Of a stretch of DNA of 64,000 bases, positions 23,623-40,607 are shown one piece after another. The stretch is taken from NCBI GenBank assembly GCA_964016885.1, contig OZ024743.1, positions 18,290,001 through 18,354,000 on the forward strand, in the 5' to 3' direction. Numbering within the stretch: the stretch's first letter is position 1; each line of letters begins with the position of its first letter. Both the position numbers and the translations under genes were made by a program. The notes beneath the pieces were generated by a model. That model saw nothing but the letters and a program-made list of their open reading frames with translations, made no database searches and was not told the origin of the DNA. The DNA is from Eledone cirrhosa (Eukaryota).

Positions 23623-26600
23623 AGGGAAGAAGACGCACATGGTGGAAAGAAGGTCATGAAATCGCTCCCGTAAGTTTTTGATTTTTAACATATTTAAATC
23701 AATTGTGAAATAACAATTCTTAGTACAAATGATGCATAAGCACCAGACTCAAGTCTCAGGAAAATTCGGATCCATAATATATTGTTATATCGCTCAAATA
23801 TTCAATTTTGTAATATACATTTTACATTCAAAAAAGAAAATGGTTATAAATGGAAGAAAACCCCCCTCTGTCTACACTATATAGATCAGCCAAATAACAG
23901 CTATTTCACCAACACCACAAACTAGATACACCACCTACCCCTCACTCCTCTGTGTACACTAACTACAACAGCCAGATAACGACAATTTCACCACCACCAC
24001 CGCCAATCCCAGCATAATAATTATAATTACTATTATTATTGTCTCAAGTTTTCAGAAAATATGTCAACACATATACGCGACTAACTACATAGATTCACCG
24101 ATCAAACAAAAATACAGTCTATTCAACAAAACTCAGTAACGACAACGCCATCACTACAGTCACCGCCGCCACCACCCATCCATCATTGCTACCACTATCC
24201 CATCGCCGCCGCCGCCACTCCTTCATTGCTGCCACCGCTATTCCCCCATTACCTTACGAAAGGGAAAGGTGGCGGTATCACTAGACAATGTTAATAAACA
24301 ATATTAATATTTAATTTTGGATCAGGAATGTTAGAGTCGAAAAGGAGAAAAATGGCAAAATGACTAAATAGCTAAATAGCTAAAGATAATTTCACTACCA
24401 ACGCCGCCGCCACTACCACGCTAAAAACTCTGGTCAAGTTGCCTCGGCCGCTATTTCTACTCCAACTTCAACACCATCGCTACAGTACTACGATCACATC
24501 ACCACCGCCACTGCCTCATTATCACTGCCGCCGCTATTCTCTCCCAATAGCCCCTGCTACATCGTAGTGTCCCCACTAAAAGAGGAAGGCATCAAAATAT
24601 ATAGACTGAATTGATGACCCGGTCAAAATCAAAAAGCCAAAAATCAAAATCAAAGCAGCACAGCAACAACGAAAAACGTAAAGAAAAGAAAATGAAGACA
24701 AAAACAAACAGACGGACAGAGAAGGGAAGGGAAAAACTAAGTCAGACATTCAAACACTACATTACAATGAAACTTATGGTTATTAATTTTTTTGTTTTTT
24801 TTTGCCTGTTTGTTCGTTTGTTTATTTATGTTCGTCTACAGCGTGATCATGCCACACAAAAATCACCGGGAGTGATGAAATCACCGGGGGTGATGAAATC
24901 ACCGGTGGCTATGTAACCATCCATTCGCCAATCCTCGATAAGAGTGTTTAAATGTCGAACCTAAACAGTTCGAATAACGGTGAAATGGAGAGTAGAATGT
25001 CATGTGACAGACACTCACCCAACAGGTGCTCCATGGCTCAGCAGCAAGGACCTGGCTGTCAACCAAATACTGCTGGTGTCGGAGAAGAAGAATAAGGAAA
25101 GGGACCAGAACTGGACTAAATAATTGAATAGAACTGTTATGCAATGTTACCTGATAAGTAACCCCAAGGAGAAAGGCTATAGGAAACGGATGCATAACAT
25201 CTGGAACGAGATTGGTCTATTTAAATTAGATGAACAACAATTGGCCGGGCAGGCTCGGGTAATAAGAACTAATGGGTGGATAAGCGAGCTGGAACTGGAG
25301 GAACTGAGCAGAGAGATTAGCTTGGAAATGGAGAGTGGGGTATGCCAGGCAAACGATCCAGTGGGAAATGAAGGTGAGGAGGTCGAGAAAACGGAGGAAT
25401 CACCCGAAGCAGACAATGATCTGAATGCTGAGATAAATAATACCTGGAACAAAGATACGGCCACTGAGGAGATGAATGCTGACGGGCTAGGACAAGATTT
25501 GGTTGATATCCTAAACTTAGTGGTAGATGAATTGAACAATGATAGTGGGAAACCTATGAACCTAAGATTTGTAGACAGGAAAAAGTTAAAAGAAACAACA
25601 GCTAAGGTAGACAAAGTCATCACATACCTTGAGGCGAGGAGCCTTTACCAGTGCAACACTATCCTCAAAGCAACAGCAAATACGGTAAAGAAACTACTTG
25701 GTATAAAAGCGAGAGGAAACAACAAACAAGAAAGATCAGAGCCTTGGTGGAAGAAACGACTGAGTGGTCAAATCAGGGAAATGAGAATTGACATTGGAAA
25801 GCTTGAGTCCCTACTGAATAGGACACTAAAAAACATAGACACTAAAAATAGACTGGGAATAAAGTACAAAACTAGGAGGAAAAATCTAAATATTATCATA
25901 GAGGAACTGAAGCAACGCATTGTAGCAAAGAGTGCAAAAATCAGGCGATACGAGAACAGAGTCAGTCAGTATAGACATAACCGCATGTTCGACAACAACC
26001 AGAAGATGCTGTTTGGACAGCTTGAAGGGAAAGAAAGAGGCAACGAATTGATCCCTGAGGCGGAACAAACTAAAACATTCTGGAGAGGAATATGGGAGCA
26101 GGATGTTAGACATAATGACCAGGCAGTGTGGATTGAGACAGTACAGAAGGAGATCAGTGAACAGGCACACCAACAAACTGATTTGAGTATCACAGTTGAA
26201 ACTCTTAAGGGGCAGCCAAAGATCTAACCAACTGGAAATCACCAGGCCCAGATGGTGTGCAGCGGTATTGATTAAAAATATAACATCTTTCCACCCGAAA
26301 CTGACAACCATGTTCAATGACTGCTTCATGTCCGGTGAGGTACCAGATGGTTGACAAAAGGTACCACAGTTCTGATAATGAAAGACCGAATCAAGGGTAA
26401 TGATGTTACCAACATTAGACCTATGACATGTCTGTCCGTAATGTGGAAACTGTTGACAAGCATTATGTCTGAGGAAATCTACCATCACCTCCAAACAAAC
26501 AACTTGTTACCGGACGAACAGAAAGGATGCCGAAAGAAGTCACATGCTACAAAGGACCAGTTACTTATTGATAAAATGGTAATGAGGAATTGCAAGAGGA

Positions 26601-27207
26601 GACACACTGGTCTTGCCATGGGATGGATAGACTACAAAACGGCATTTGACATGGTGCCTCATTCTTGGATCACCAAAAGCCTGGAGATCTTCAAGATGGC
26701 AGATAACATCAGACAGTTGTTGGGCAAAAGTATAAAGTCCTGGGAAACAGATTTAACATCAACTGGAGTATCCTTGGGAAGCGTGAAGATCAAGAGAGGT
26801 ATCTTCCAGGGAGATAGTCTGTCCCCTCTGTTGTTTGTCCTTGCCCTGATGCCCATTGACCATTATACTGTGATAAGTGAGAGCAGGATACAAGTTGGGA
26901 ATGAGAGAGCTTACCATCAATCATCTCCTCTTCATGGAAGATCTTAAGCCCTTCGGGAAGAGTGAGAAGCAGTTGGATGTGCTTGTTGACACTCCGTATT
27001 TTCAGCAATGATATATGTATGCAATTTGGTATTAGTAAGTGTGGAGTCCTTGTGATGAAGAGCGGTAAATTGAGCAGAAGTAACGGAATCCAGGTACCAA
27101 CAGGTGAGATGATAAAGGAAATTGATCTGAAGAAGGATACAAGTATTTGGGTGTTCTGGAGGCTGATGACATCAAGAACAAAACAAATGAAGGAATGGAT
27201 AAGAACT

Positions 27208-27946
27208 TATTGAGAATTGGTCACAGGGTTATTTACTTTGGTAAACGCCACTGCAGGCCAACCACTAATTAAATTCGATACAGATATAATAACGTTAACA
27301 AACTTACTAGTGAGTAAACTGACCGAGAGCCGGACGCCAAATAAGCAGCATGGTAAATTAAATGTTATTGAGACACGAGTAACATAATAATGATTTCAAC
27401 AGCAGAAATTAGAGATGAAATGTATGTTTATTTTTATTGTAGCACAAATAATTGTTTCTTCATTTGACACAAGGCCAGCAATTATCCAGTACATTACTGG
27501 TACTTTATTTTATCGACCCCGTAAGGATGAAAGGCAAAGTTAACCTCGGCAGGGATTTGAACTCAGATCACAAAGGGCCGTAACTCTATGTTGCAAAGCA
27601 TGGCGTCCGACCCACTACCGATACTGCCAATCCACCGCCCATTGTAGCACAAATAATGTTGGTTAACTTGTATGGTTGAAGTTACACATAAAAATGAGTT
27701 TACAAAAGGGAATGTGTCATTGCGCCGGAAAGTCGGCAGGTTAAGGTGCAAAATCTCACCGTCACATGTACGTGTTGCTGGTTCGAAGTCCCTGGCGCGA
27801 GAGCGAGAGATTCTTCAAATCTTCGCGGGTAATTTCTCTCTCTGGACGCGTAGGGATACATCCTCTTCTGCTGGCGCTGATTGGCTGAGCTGAGCCAAAT
27901 CACGCACAGAGAATGTATGTGAGCCCGCGGAATATAGGTCACTACA
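27208..27946 (-). mobile_element. Probable solo LTR (4-bp TSD) inserted in the LINE
   Basis: Flanked by AACT (27204-27207 and 27947-27950). Removal restores the LINE frame MKEWIRT-EYIRKVRSVLKSHLN. Minus strand starts TGTAGTGACC and ends TCTCAATA (TG..CA with one change). Confidence 0.7.
27453..27640 (-). mobile_element. tRNA-derived SINE with 17-bp TSD
   Basis: TSD ATTGTAGCACAAATAAT (27436-27452 and 27641-27657). A-box-like TGGCAGTATCGG, B-box GTTCAAATC, central domain ACTTTGCCTTTCATCCTTACGGGGTCGATAAAATAAAGTACCAG. Confidence 0.9.
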
Positions 27947-29187
27947 AACTGAATACATTCGGAAAGTAAGGAGCGTATTAAAGTCACATCTGAACAGTAG
28001 GAATGCCATAAGTGCAGTAAATTCCCGAGCTGTGTCTATTATTAGGTACAGTGCGGGAATTCTGAGATGGGATGTTGCTGAACAAAGAGAAATGGATAGG
28101 AAGACTAGGAAGCTATTGACTATCTACAACATGTTCCACAAGAGGAGTGATGTCGATAGACTCTACTTAAGGAGATCTGAAGGTGGAAGAGGTCTTATCA
28201 GCATAGAGGACTGTGTTCAGATGGAGAAAAACAACCTACACAAATACGTGACTGATAGTAAGGAGCCAATGCTCAGAATTGTACTGAAGGAGGGGACAAT
28301 AGACCAGGGGATGTCCAAGGAGGAAATAACATCAAGGAGAAAGAGCAGCCTTCAGGAAAAATCCATTCATAGTACCATCTTTGAGAAAACTGAATTCAAA
28401 GATTCACAGACATGGAACTGGTTGAAAAGAGGAGACCTTAAAAAGGCTACAGAATGAATGCTAATGGCTGCGCAAGAGCAGGCCCTCAAAACGAAGTGGC
28501 TAAAACACCATATTTACAAGGAGGAGGCTAGCCCACTGTGTAGGATCTGTGGAGAGAGAGAGAGGAGACTGTGGCTCATATTGTATCCGTGTGTAAACAC
28601 CTAGCCCAGACTTACTACAAAGGCTAGAGACAAGATGTGATGGGCAGGGTGATCCACTGGCACCTATGCAAAGTAAATAATTTACCACATTCTGAGAAGT
28701 GGCATGAGCATAAACCAGAGTCGGTGATGGAAAACAATCAGGTGAAGGTGTTGTGGGATTTTAGGATACAGACGGACAAGAAACTGGAACACAATAGACC
28801 TGACCTGTTACTTTTGGAGAAGGGAAAAAGATCGTGCCTGATTGTGGATGTGGCCTTCCCATTCTACACGAGAGTGCAAGGGAAGGAGAGGGAGAAAATT
28901 AACCGATACTAGGACATAAAGTGAGGTAAAAAGGATTTGGAACTGCCATGAGGTCAAAGTGGTCCCGATTGTCATAGGCGCACTAGATACTATCTCAAAG
29001 AGTTTCCAAGAATGATTAAATAAAATTGATCCCGCCCCGCATTTTGGAATACTTCAAAAGGCATGCTTGCTGGGAACAGCAAGAATCCTCCGATACGTCC
29101 TGAATATCCGAGGTTGCAGGTAGTGGCTTGATATTCATTTCAACTAACATTCCAGTTAAATAACATCAATGACTGAGACTCAAAGAA

Positions 29188-29277
29188 CAATAATAATAAT
29201 AATAATTATAATAATAATAATAATAATATTATTGCTACTACTACTGCTGCTACTGCTGCTGCTGTTGCTACTACTAT

Positions 29278-29341
<64 letters not shown>
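29188..29341. repeat. (TAA)n/(CTA/CTG)n trinucleotide microsatellite at the LINE 3' end
   Basis: Directly visible. Confidence 0.95.
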
Positions 29342-29738
29342 GAATACGGAGTTCAAGATTGTGTCCAACGTGTTAGCGACGAGGTTGATCATTCGAAATC
29401 TAGTGCTTTAATATGAGGAATAAATGTGAAGTTATAACGTAAATTGGTATATTGCCTGTAGGTCTGATAGATTAGGTGTTTTCAGTATGCAGGCGCTACA
29501 GTCATCTCTGTAGAAACAATTGTGGAAATTAAAGATAGAATTTTAATAGCAATATTGGTTTTCCTTTGGGAATTAATTACTTATGCTCTGCGGCTTTCAC
29601 TGTTTTCGTGTATAAGTATTCTAAAACATCATTCTCGACACACGTTAACTCAATATTAATGCATTAATCCTCCTCTCACATTATATCCCTCTCTCCCTCG
29701 CTTCCCCTCTCTCACCCCTCTTTCCCTTCCCCTCTCTC

Positions 29739-29802
<64 letters not shown>

Positions 29803-29812
29803 CATATATATC

Positions 29813-29896
<84 letters not shown>

Positions 29897-29897
<1 letters not shown>

Positions 29898-30385
29898 TGG
29901 AATAAATGCTCTGAAATAGCGATATATATGTGAAGATAGACATAGAATATTCGAAAATATTCTGTATGTTTATAATAAACATTTTGAAGACCTAATCGCT
30001 ATTCTATAGCGATTAGGTCTTCAAAATGTTTATTATAAACATACAGAATATTTTCGAATATTCTATGTCTATCTTCACATATATATCGCTATTTCAGAGC
30101 ATTTATTCCAATTTCTAATTTCTGCCGGACCGGCAACCGCTCTTTCAAACCAGTTCCTGTACACAGCTAAGTGTTCTATAAGTCTCTAGCTGTGTCATTC
30201 TCGATAAAAGCACTGGATATGTAATCCTGAAGATTTCTAATAAGAATGAAACGCGTAGGTTACTTCCCTTGCTTTTATCGAGAATCTAATTGTAATACGT
30301 GACGTATTCTATTCTATAGCGATTAGGTCTTCAAAATATTTATTATAAACATACAGAATATTTTCGAATATTCTATGTCTATCTT
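29897..30385 (+). mobile_element. Non-coding retrozyme-like element: 310-nt HHR unit, partial tandem repeat and perfect inverted head
   Basis: 29897-30001 is the reverse complement of 30007-30111. 30001-30075 is repeated at 30311-30385 (period 310). (TA)n lies on both sides. Confidence 0.8.
30197..30285 (+). ncRNA. Minimal type I hammerhead ribozyme with extended stem I (family F)
   Basis: GTAATC-CTGAAGA-TTTCTAATAAGAAT-GAAA-CGCG-TA-GGTTAC (30221-30263), with a 16-bp distal stem ATTCTCGATAAAAGCA/TGCTTTTATCGAGAAT. Confidence 0.9.
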
Positions 30386-30523
<138 letters not shown>

Positions 30524-30682
30524 TATATTTATTAAAATACCAGATTAACGTTTCAGCAAAGAATCGGTGCATAAATATTTGCCCTACGGTTCTTACATAT
30601 TTGATATATATTTATCCTTATCGAGCCCTCTTTGGATTTTTTACTTCAAATTTGTATTATTACTATATATATATATATATGT

Positions 30683-34175
<3,493 letters not shown>

Positions 34176-34424
34176 CGGCATTCCTGTCTTAACGACATCA
34201 CAACTTTCTCCGCTTGGCCTGTTTCCCCCCCTTTTGGAACTTTCCGCCGTTGATGGGCGTGAGCTCGAAATATTGGGATTAAATCTCTACTACGGTAACC
34301 TTTCTACCTTTGTTTTGTTTTCATCTTTGTCTCTCTCAATTTCACTTTCACCTGTTTTTCCTATCTATCTTTCACTTCCTACCTCGAGATTTCCCTCTGC
34401 ATTGTTGTGGCTTTCTTAAATACG

Positions 34425-34502
<78 letters not shown>

Positions 34503-34822
34503 TTATTTATTAAAATAACAGATTAAAGTTTATACAAAGTATTGCTGCTTTCACCCTTAACGGGATCTTCTGAAATTAACAAAGTCAATCTGTAAGCGCA
34601 GAACTCGATATTTCAAAAAACGTTGCAACCGGAGGAAGACAGGAAGACGATACTTTGGTTCGCGGGAATGTTCGCTGCCAGAGAACGGGAAAAAACGAAT
34701 AATACGTCATTAATAGGAGCGTTGAAAAACAATTACGCGCAAAGACAGAACCACGTATATGGTATAAAAGAGGTCGTAGACTAATGTTCTCTTAGGTGGT
34801 GCATAGAGACGTTCTCTGGCAA

Positions 34823-35764
34823 TCTATATATATAAAACTGTGGTTGTCTGTCTGTCTATCGATTTTTGGCACACATCTCCTCTTAGAATCTCTCGCGGAA
34901 TTGCACCGAAATTGCTATACTTGTACATTGAGCCCTAGCGAAGACATCGGAAAAAGAAAATTTCAAATTGACCCACCCTATGTGACGAAATCGAATATAA
35001 TGTATCGATTTTTGAGCGTAAGTTATCAGCTATTTCCCTTTGTTCTGTTTACATTGAGCGTCTTACGTAAAAAATTACGCTGGCTTTCTCAGCGTTTAAA
35101 ATGACATTTGCAAAATTCATCAGTTCGAACACTAAGCTTCCGTTTTGCTTCATTTCCATTTAAAAGCATTTTAAAACAATATTTTTACTTGAAAACAAGT
35201 CTATTTAAAGACTACGTAAAACAAGCAAATATTTCGTCGTTAGGCGTGCAGACAGACAGTCGTGCAGACAGACAGTCGTGCAGAGAGGTGATATACGCGT
35301 GCAGACAGACAGTCGTGCAGAGAGGTGATATAGGCGTGCAGACAGACAGTCGTGCAGAGAGGTGATATAGGCGTGCAGACAGACAGTCGTGCAGAGAGGT
35401 GATATAGGCGTGCAGACAGACAGTCGTGCAGAGAGGTGATATAGGCGTGCAGACAGACATAACTGATAATTTGGTTACGCTAATGTTTTTCTCTGCGTTG
35501 CAGTGTTTACATTTTCGATCTTTGTTAATAAATAACCAGTGCAGTTTCTATCCCCAGCATCCTCTTTTGTTATAACATTCGGGTTATCGTTATGTTTTCT
35601 TAACTTCATAAGGCATATTGTTGGTTGAGGGAATATTAATCAAAAACACCACATGCAAGTCTGCACAGTAGACACTACAGTTTTTAAGCCAAGAAAAAAA
35701 CTTAACATTGTAACTTTAACACAGATACTGAGCGACCCCGAGCAACGCCGGGCTTTACTGCTAG
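34823..35764 (+). mobile_element. Complete non-autonomous Helitron (942 bp)
   Basis: 5' TC, 3' hairpin CCCGAGCAACGCCGGG followed by CTAG, inserted between A and T with no TSD. A paralogous empty site TCTCTGGCAA^TGAACG lies at about 49928-49943. Confidence 0.92.
35241..35458. repeat. Minisatellite, ~36-bp unit (ATAGGCGTGCAGACAGACAGTCGTGCAGAGAGGTGAT), inside the Helitron
   Basis: About 5-6 visible tandem copies. Confidence 0.92.
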
Positions 35765-36200
35765 TGAACGAAAAAAAGGAAGATAATAAGTTATATGTGG
35801 ACCGTGGACCGTGGACCGTGGAGAACAATAGCACACAAAGACAAAACCACGTAAATGGTATAGCAGAAGTCGTAGACTAAAATTCTAACTAGGCGACCAA
35901 ATGAATCTCCGCTACAGAGTTAAGAACAAAGTAAATAAATACAATACAGAAGTAATAGAAACAAATAAATACATACACGCAAACAGATACGTACATACAC
36001 AAGCATACGCAAAACCTTACCATAGGTATACAAAACCACGCACATATAAATATGTGTGTGTGTGTATGCTTGTGTACAAATAAATAAATAATTACATAAA
36101 CGTATATGAGTAAATAAATACGTATATAACAAGCGCACACACATACCTACAAATAAATACACGAATGTTCGGAGACGTAAGTCAACTAATATATATATAT

Positions 36201-37335
36201 ATAAAGGATGAATAATAACAGGTAGACATCATAAAAAGGTAATATATTCCGTGTGCTTACAAATGTTTCCACGGTGGTAATACACCATAGTTATGCTATG
36301 TGCAAATTTACAACTATTTGCAGAACTCAAATATCAAATGCTGTGACGACTGTATCATCAGAGCAGAATGGTTAAAATGTACAATGTAAATACCCTTAAG
36401 TGAGGTTATTGGAGAAGATAGAGTAGAAAAGGAAGAGAGAAGAGTAGGGGAGAGGGAGAGAGAGAGAGAGATATGCAGGGGTTGGAGAAATAGGAGAGAA
36501 TGTTTTATAGATATCTTAATCAAAATGTTATTGTAGGGGTTTTATTATACTGGTTACTTTTAGAGAGATGCGTTGATAGTCAAGGTTGGAATTATTTATT
36601 GCCCCAGAGGGCAGGTTCATAGATATGGAGAGGGAGGGAGGTAGGTCAAAGGCGAGAGAGAGAGAGTGGAATGGATATAGAGGGACAGATAGATAGAGGA
36701 CAGACGAAGTCTATGGGGTGGGTGAACTTTGGGTTCGTAGTAGTAATCTGCGAATTGCACTGAGTTACCATTTATAGTGATAAGCATGGTATTGTCTTGT
36801 AGTGTGGGGGAAGATAAGGTGGTTAGCTAGAAAGCGATGTTATAGTTACGTGTTCGAATGTTAAGTTATTTTATAGTGAGAGAATTTAGCTTTTAGTTTG
36901 TGGTTGCAATATAATTATCGTTCGAATCTATCGTTAAGTATTTTATTTTTGGATTTTAATATGTAAAAGAGTTCAAGGTAACATAACCTACAGTACTTCA
37001 ATCCACTCCAATATGCACTTGCGTTGGAAAGTATATCCCATTTTAAGGTGAACTGTTGGTTGCGTTCACGGAGTTGCCAGGTTTTGTTGGCGAGCGTGGT
37101 CACAAAACGGTGATCCGGATGTTTGATTGAGAATCGATGACGGTACCAGCGAGATTTAAACGAGGTGGTGGTAGTCCGATGTAATACCATTAATCGTTTT
37201 TTGGTTGAGTTCTGCAAATAGTTGTAAATTTGCACATAGCATAACTAGGCGGTATTACCACCGTGGAAACATTTGTAAGCACACGGAATAAATTACCTTT
37301 TTATGATGTCTACCTGTTATTATTCATTCTTTATC
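36201..37335 (-). mobile_element. PLE 3' fragment (GIY-YIG C-terminus) bounded by ~130 bp inverted repeats
   Basis: ORF 36915-37235 has SFKSRWYRH..TTLANKTWQL..LKWDIL..CRLCYLE. 36201-36330 is inverted at 37205-37335. Confidence 0.8.
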
Positions 37336-37649
37336 TACACTCCGGAATACAGAAGGATCAGGAAGTAAGTTTCTTCAACAATTCTTCCATAACTCGTTGA
37401 GTAACCTCTCACCGTACGTCAACAATATCCAGTGTAGTAATTAACCATTACTATATCTAGGATAATCCTATACCTAATATATATATATATATAGTAATAA
37501 TAAAAATGTGAAGACTAAAATCCAAAGAGGGCTCGATAAGGATAAATATATATCAAATATATAAGAACCGTAGAGCAAATATTTAAGCATCGATTCTTTG
37601 CTTAAACTTTAATCTGCTATTTTAATAAATATATATATATATATATATA

Positions 37650-39000
37650 TATCAATAGTAACGCTGATTACTATAACTCAGCGCTAGCTAAGGCATCCCA
37701 CAGCGATAGGATCAGCTATAACCCTAAGGGACATGATCGAGATGACCCAAGGGTGCCCCGAACCAATACCCTCAGGGTCATGAGTCGCCCACCTAATACC
37801 TCGGTAACCAGTAGTAACACTCCCAGACCCCTATCCGTCACCACGCCCGGTAGAAAGTCCCGCGGTCTAATACCTACAACGCTGAAGACCACTGTCCTGC
37901 GAGGCATAGGCACCCCTGCACCGGCCCCACCACCCGCCGAACCCTAATTGACCAGGGAGGCCGCACCTCGCTGGTTTATAGCCTCACGGTGGGCCCATAT
38001 AAACCCTCATGATAGTGACCGCCCCGCACATCTGAGTGACACCAACCGAGCTCGACCTGAGCTGTGCACAGCCACGCGATAGCCACGGCGGACACCCAAC
38101 AACCCCGCAAGAATAGGACCAGGAAGGTCACATGGTATAACCCTCTGTACTCGGTGGGTCTACGTACCAGCCTGGCAGAACATTCATTAGAGTACTGGAT
38201 AAATGTTTCCCTAGGGCCCACAAGTACCATAAAATATTCAACAGGCACACGGTGAAACTTTCCTACTCAACCACACGCTCCGAAGCCCAGTACATAGCTG
38301 GCATAAATAGGAATAGGCTCACTGCCTCTAATACCACCGTAAACCCCGGAGCCACCCAACAGATAGAGCACGCGGGACGCAACGGAACCCGGACAAGCCC
38401 AACTAGCACACCGGAACCCAACGACCCTGTGGTGATTGCGGAGGCTACCCCGCCAACCCCGATTGATGGTAAGCACGCGGTACATGTGGTGGGGCTTATG
38501 AAGTCATGTAATTGCAGAGACCCATCACTATGCCCCCTTAGTAATGAATGCATGACGAAAAACGTGGTCTACAGGTGCAAGGTACAACCCCTAACTCGGA
38601 GCACGACTACATAGGATCCAAAGCGACGAGCTTCAAAAATCGGGGTATAACCATCGCCATTCCTTTAACAGAATAGATAAGAGGAAATGTACGGCCCTTT
38701 CTGAATCGAACTGGAATCTCAAACTTGAAAAGACCCCGCACTCTCTGGCCTGCTCCGTGGTTAGAAAAGTTCCTCCAGACAAGGCGGGTCTGGTATTTGT
38801 AACCTCTGTCTTAGTGAGACACTCGATATTCTTCATGGCGGAACCAAGCTATTGAACAGAAGGGCAGACTTATTCGGTGCCTGCAGATACCTAAGGACGG
38901 GAACTTTCCTCAAGCTATATGGATAAACCCCGGTTACGGCCTTCCACAACGCCAACCGTAGGTCCCCTACACCTCGTACCAATGACCAACGGACAACAAC
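37650..39000 (+). mobile_element. PLE 3' part (linker plus GIY-YIG), related to 4505-6900
   Basis: RKVTWYNPLYS, KLSYSTTR and CNCRDPSLCPLSNECMTKNVVYRCKV. Confidence 0.87.
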
Positions 39001-39359
39001 AACCACCCATAGTTTGTGGTCCCTATGGTGGATGGTCCAAGGGATCCTCTTCTGTTTAGGAGTCATCTAATCCACATTTTATTGAACCTGGTTTTATATA
39101 TGTATATATATATCATGTGTATATATATATATATATATATGTTATATGTATATATATGCGTATTTGATATATATGTATGTATATATATGTATATATTTTA
39201 TATATATATATGTATATGTATGTGTATTTTATATATATATATGTATGTATGTTTTATGTGTGTATATATTTTATGTATGTGTGTATTTTATGTATATATA
39301 TATTATTTATATTTTTATATGTATATATTTTATAAATATGTATGTTCTGTGTATATATA

Positions 39360-39390
<31 letters not shown>

Positions 39391-39975
39391 ATTGTGCGTA
39401 CATACATGCATACATATATATACACACATGTATGCATTTGTGTGTGTAGATGTCTGAGTGTCTGAGGGGGTAGTTGTGAGTGTATGTACAAGTCAACCAG
39501 CAAAAATCTTATATTTCTAAATTTCCTAAACTATCTAAGTATTGGACTCTAACCATTATTTTATGTATTACAACCCCACATTGTGTATGTGTGGATGTGT
39601 GTGTGTGTCTGTGGAGGTGGGTCTGAGTGTAGTGCAAGCCAACCTACATAAGTCTTTTTATTTGTAAATTTTCTACTACAACCATAAATTTCAGTAGCAT
39701 CACTCCACATAAATTCCTCAACTTAAGAATGACCTGTAGTATCTATTTCATACTATTAACCTTAATTGAATATATATCTGACGATTTGAACATTACAACA
39801 CCACCTGCCTCTTTGAGGTCAAATACCAACCCTACTACCATCTACAAACTGACCAATGGCAATCAAGTCTATTCCTGCTGACCACATTATATTATTCCTA
39901 ACAAGCTCATATGTCCCAAGGCTCTGATACCATCAACACTACAAACACAGAGCTGGCAATGCTAAGAACTGACTA

Positions 39976-40031
39976 ACTGCCTGATGAGGTCATAGCCATT
40001 TAATGGCTATCATCGAGATATATATAGCAGT
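39976..40031 (+). ncRNA. Hammerhead ribozyme motif (family B), GAAA changed to GAGA
   Basis: ACTGC-CTGATGA-GGTCATAGCCA..TGGCTATCATC-GAGA-TATATA-TA-GCAGT. Confidence 0.7.
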
Positions 40032-40145
40032 AAATATAGGATTATGAGTTCATTCAATTGACTTATGTTTCTTCACTATATATATATATATTGTAATACT
40101 TTGGGAGGGTCATGTTGACAATATTTTTTTCAAAGTTCAGAAACG

Positions 40146-40194
<49 letters not shown>

Positions 40195-40226
40195 GTAAAC
40201 AAAAGACGGTTAAAAGAGTTCCATGT

Positions 40227-40288
40227 ATTTTATTATGCGCATTTCAAAAACAAATATCATCATGTAATAATATTTGTGTTTTCATCAG
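40227..40288 (-). ncRNA. Family A hammerhead copy with the 5' strand of stem I deleted
   Basis: Reverse complement of the 61-185 repeat, lacking about 9 nt next to CTGATGA. Confidence 0.6.
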
Positions 40289-40405
40289 GAAGACATGATA
40301 TGAAGGTTAAAAAACCTCCTACATTATATATATATATATATATATATATACGTGGGAAAGTAAAAAATCGGAGAATAGAGCGTTAAAACATGTTTATTTA
40401 AAACA

Positions 40406-40446
40406 GCACCTACGTACGTTTCGCCCAGTTGGGCTTCTCAAGGGCA
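40406..40446 (-). ncRNA. Hammerhead ribozyme, U3:A8 core variant (family D)
   Basis: Minus strand reads TGCCC-TTGAGAA-GCCCAACTGGGC-GAAA-CGTACG-TA-GGTGC. Confidence 0.72.
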
Positions 40447-40607
40447 TAAATAAACACAAATGTTTCTTATATTGCTCGGAAAGAGTTGTTGGGGTTAAAT
40501 CTACATCAAGGTTCATTGCTCGCAAAAATATCTTGTTTTGATTTTGCAGCAGGTCAAGGGAAAGACTGCACTAACACCGGCCAGAGTTACCTCCCTTGAC
40601 CTGCTTT

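Larger units (their letters stand above)
24830..29228 (+). mobile_element. R4/Dong-type non-LTR retrotransposon (RT, CCHC knuckle, restriction-like endonuclease), degenerate and interrupted at 27208-27946
   Basis: ORFs 25124-26227 (EPWWKKRL), 26351-26947 (DYKTAFDMVPH, GIFQGDSLSPLLF), 28032-28457 (RLYLRRSEGGRGL) and 28637-28912 (LWDFRIQTDKKLEHNRPDL..VDVAFP). Ends in (TAA)n. Confidence 0.92.

Noticed and set aside
23870-24590. ACC/GCC-rich imperfect repeats
   Set aside because: Low-complexity sequence with no ORF or defined unit.
29169-29411. Poly-Ile/Leu and poly-Ser ORFs
   Set aside because: Trinucleotide microsatellite at the LINE tail.
35241-35458. CRISPR-like 36-bp periodicity
   Set aside because: The units are contiguous with no unique spacers. 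This is a eukaryotic minisatellite inside a Helitron.
37228-37285. GAAA-CATTTG-TA half motif in an inverted repeat
   Set aside because: The 5' core CTGANGA is not recognisable, so it is at best a decayed ribozyme.
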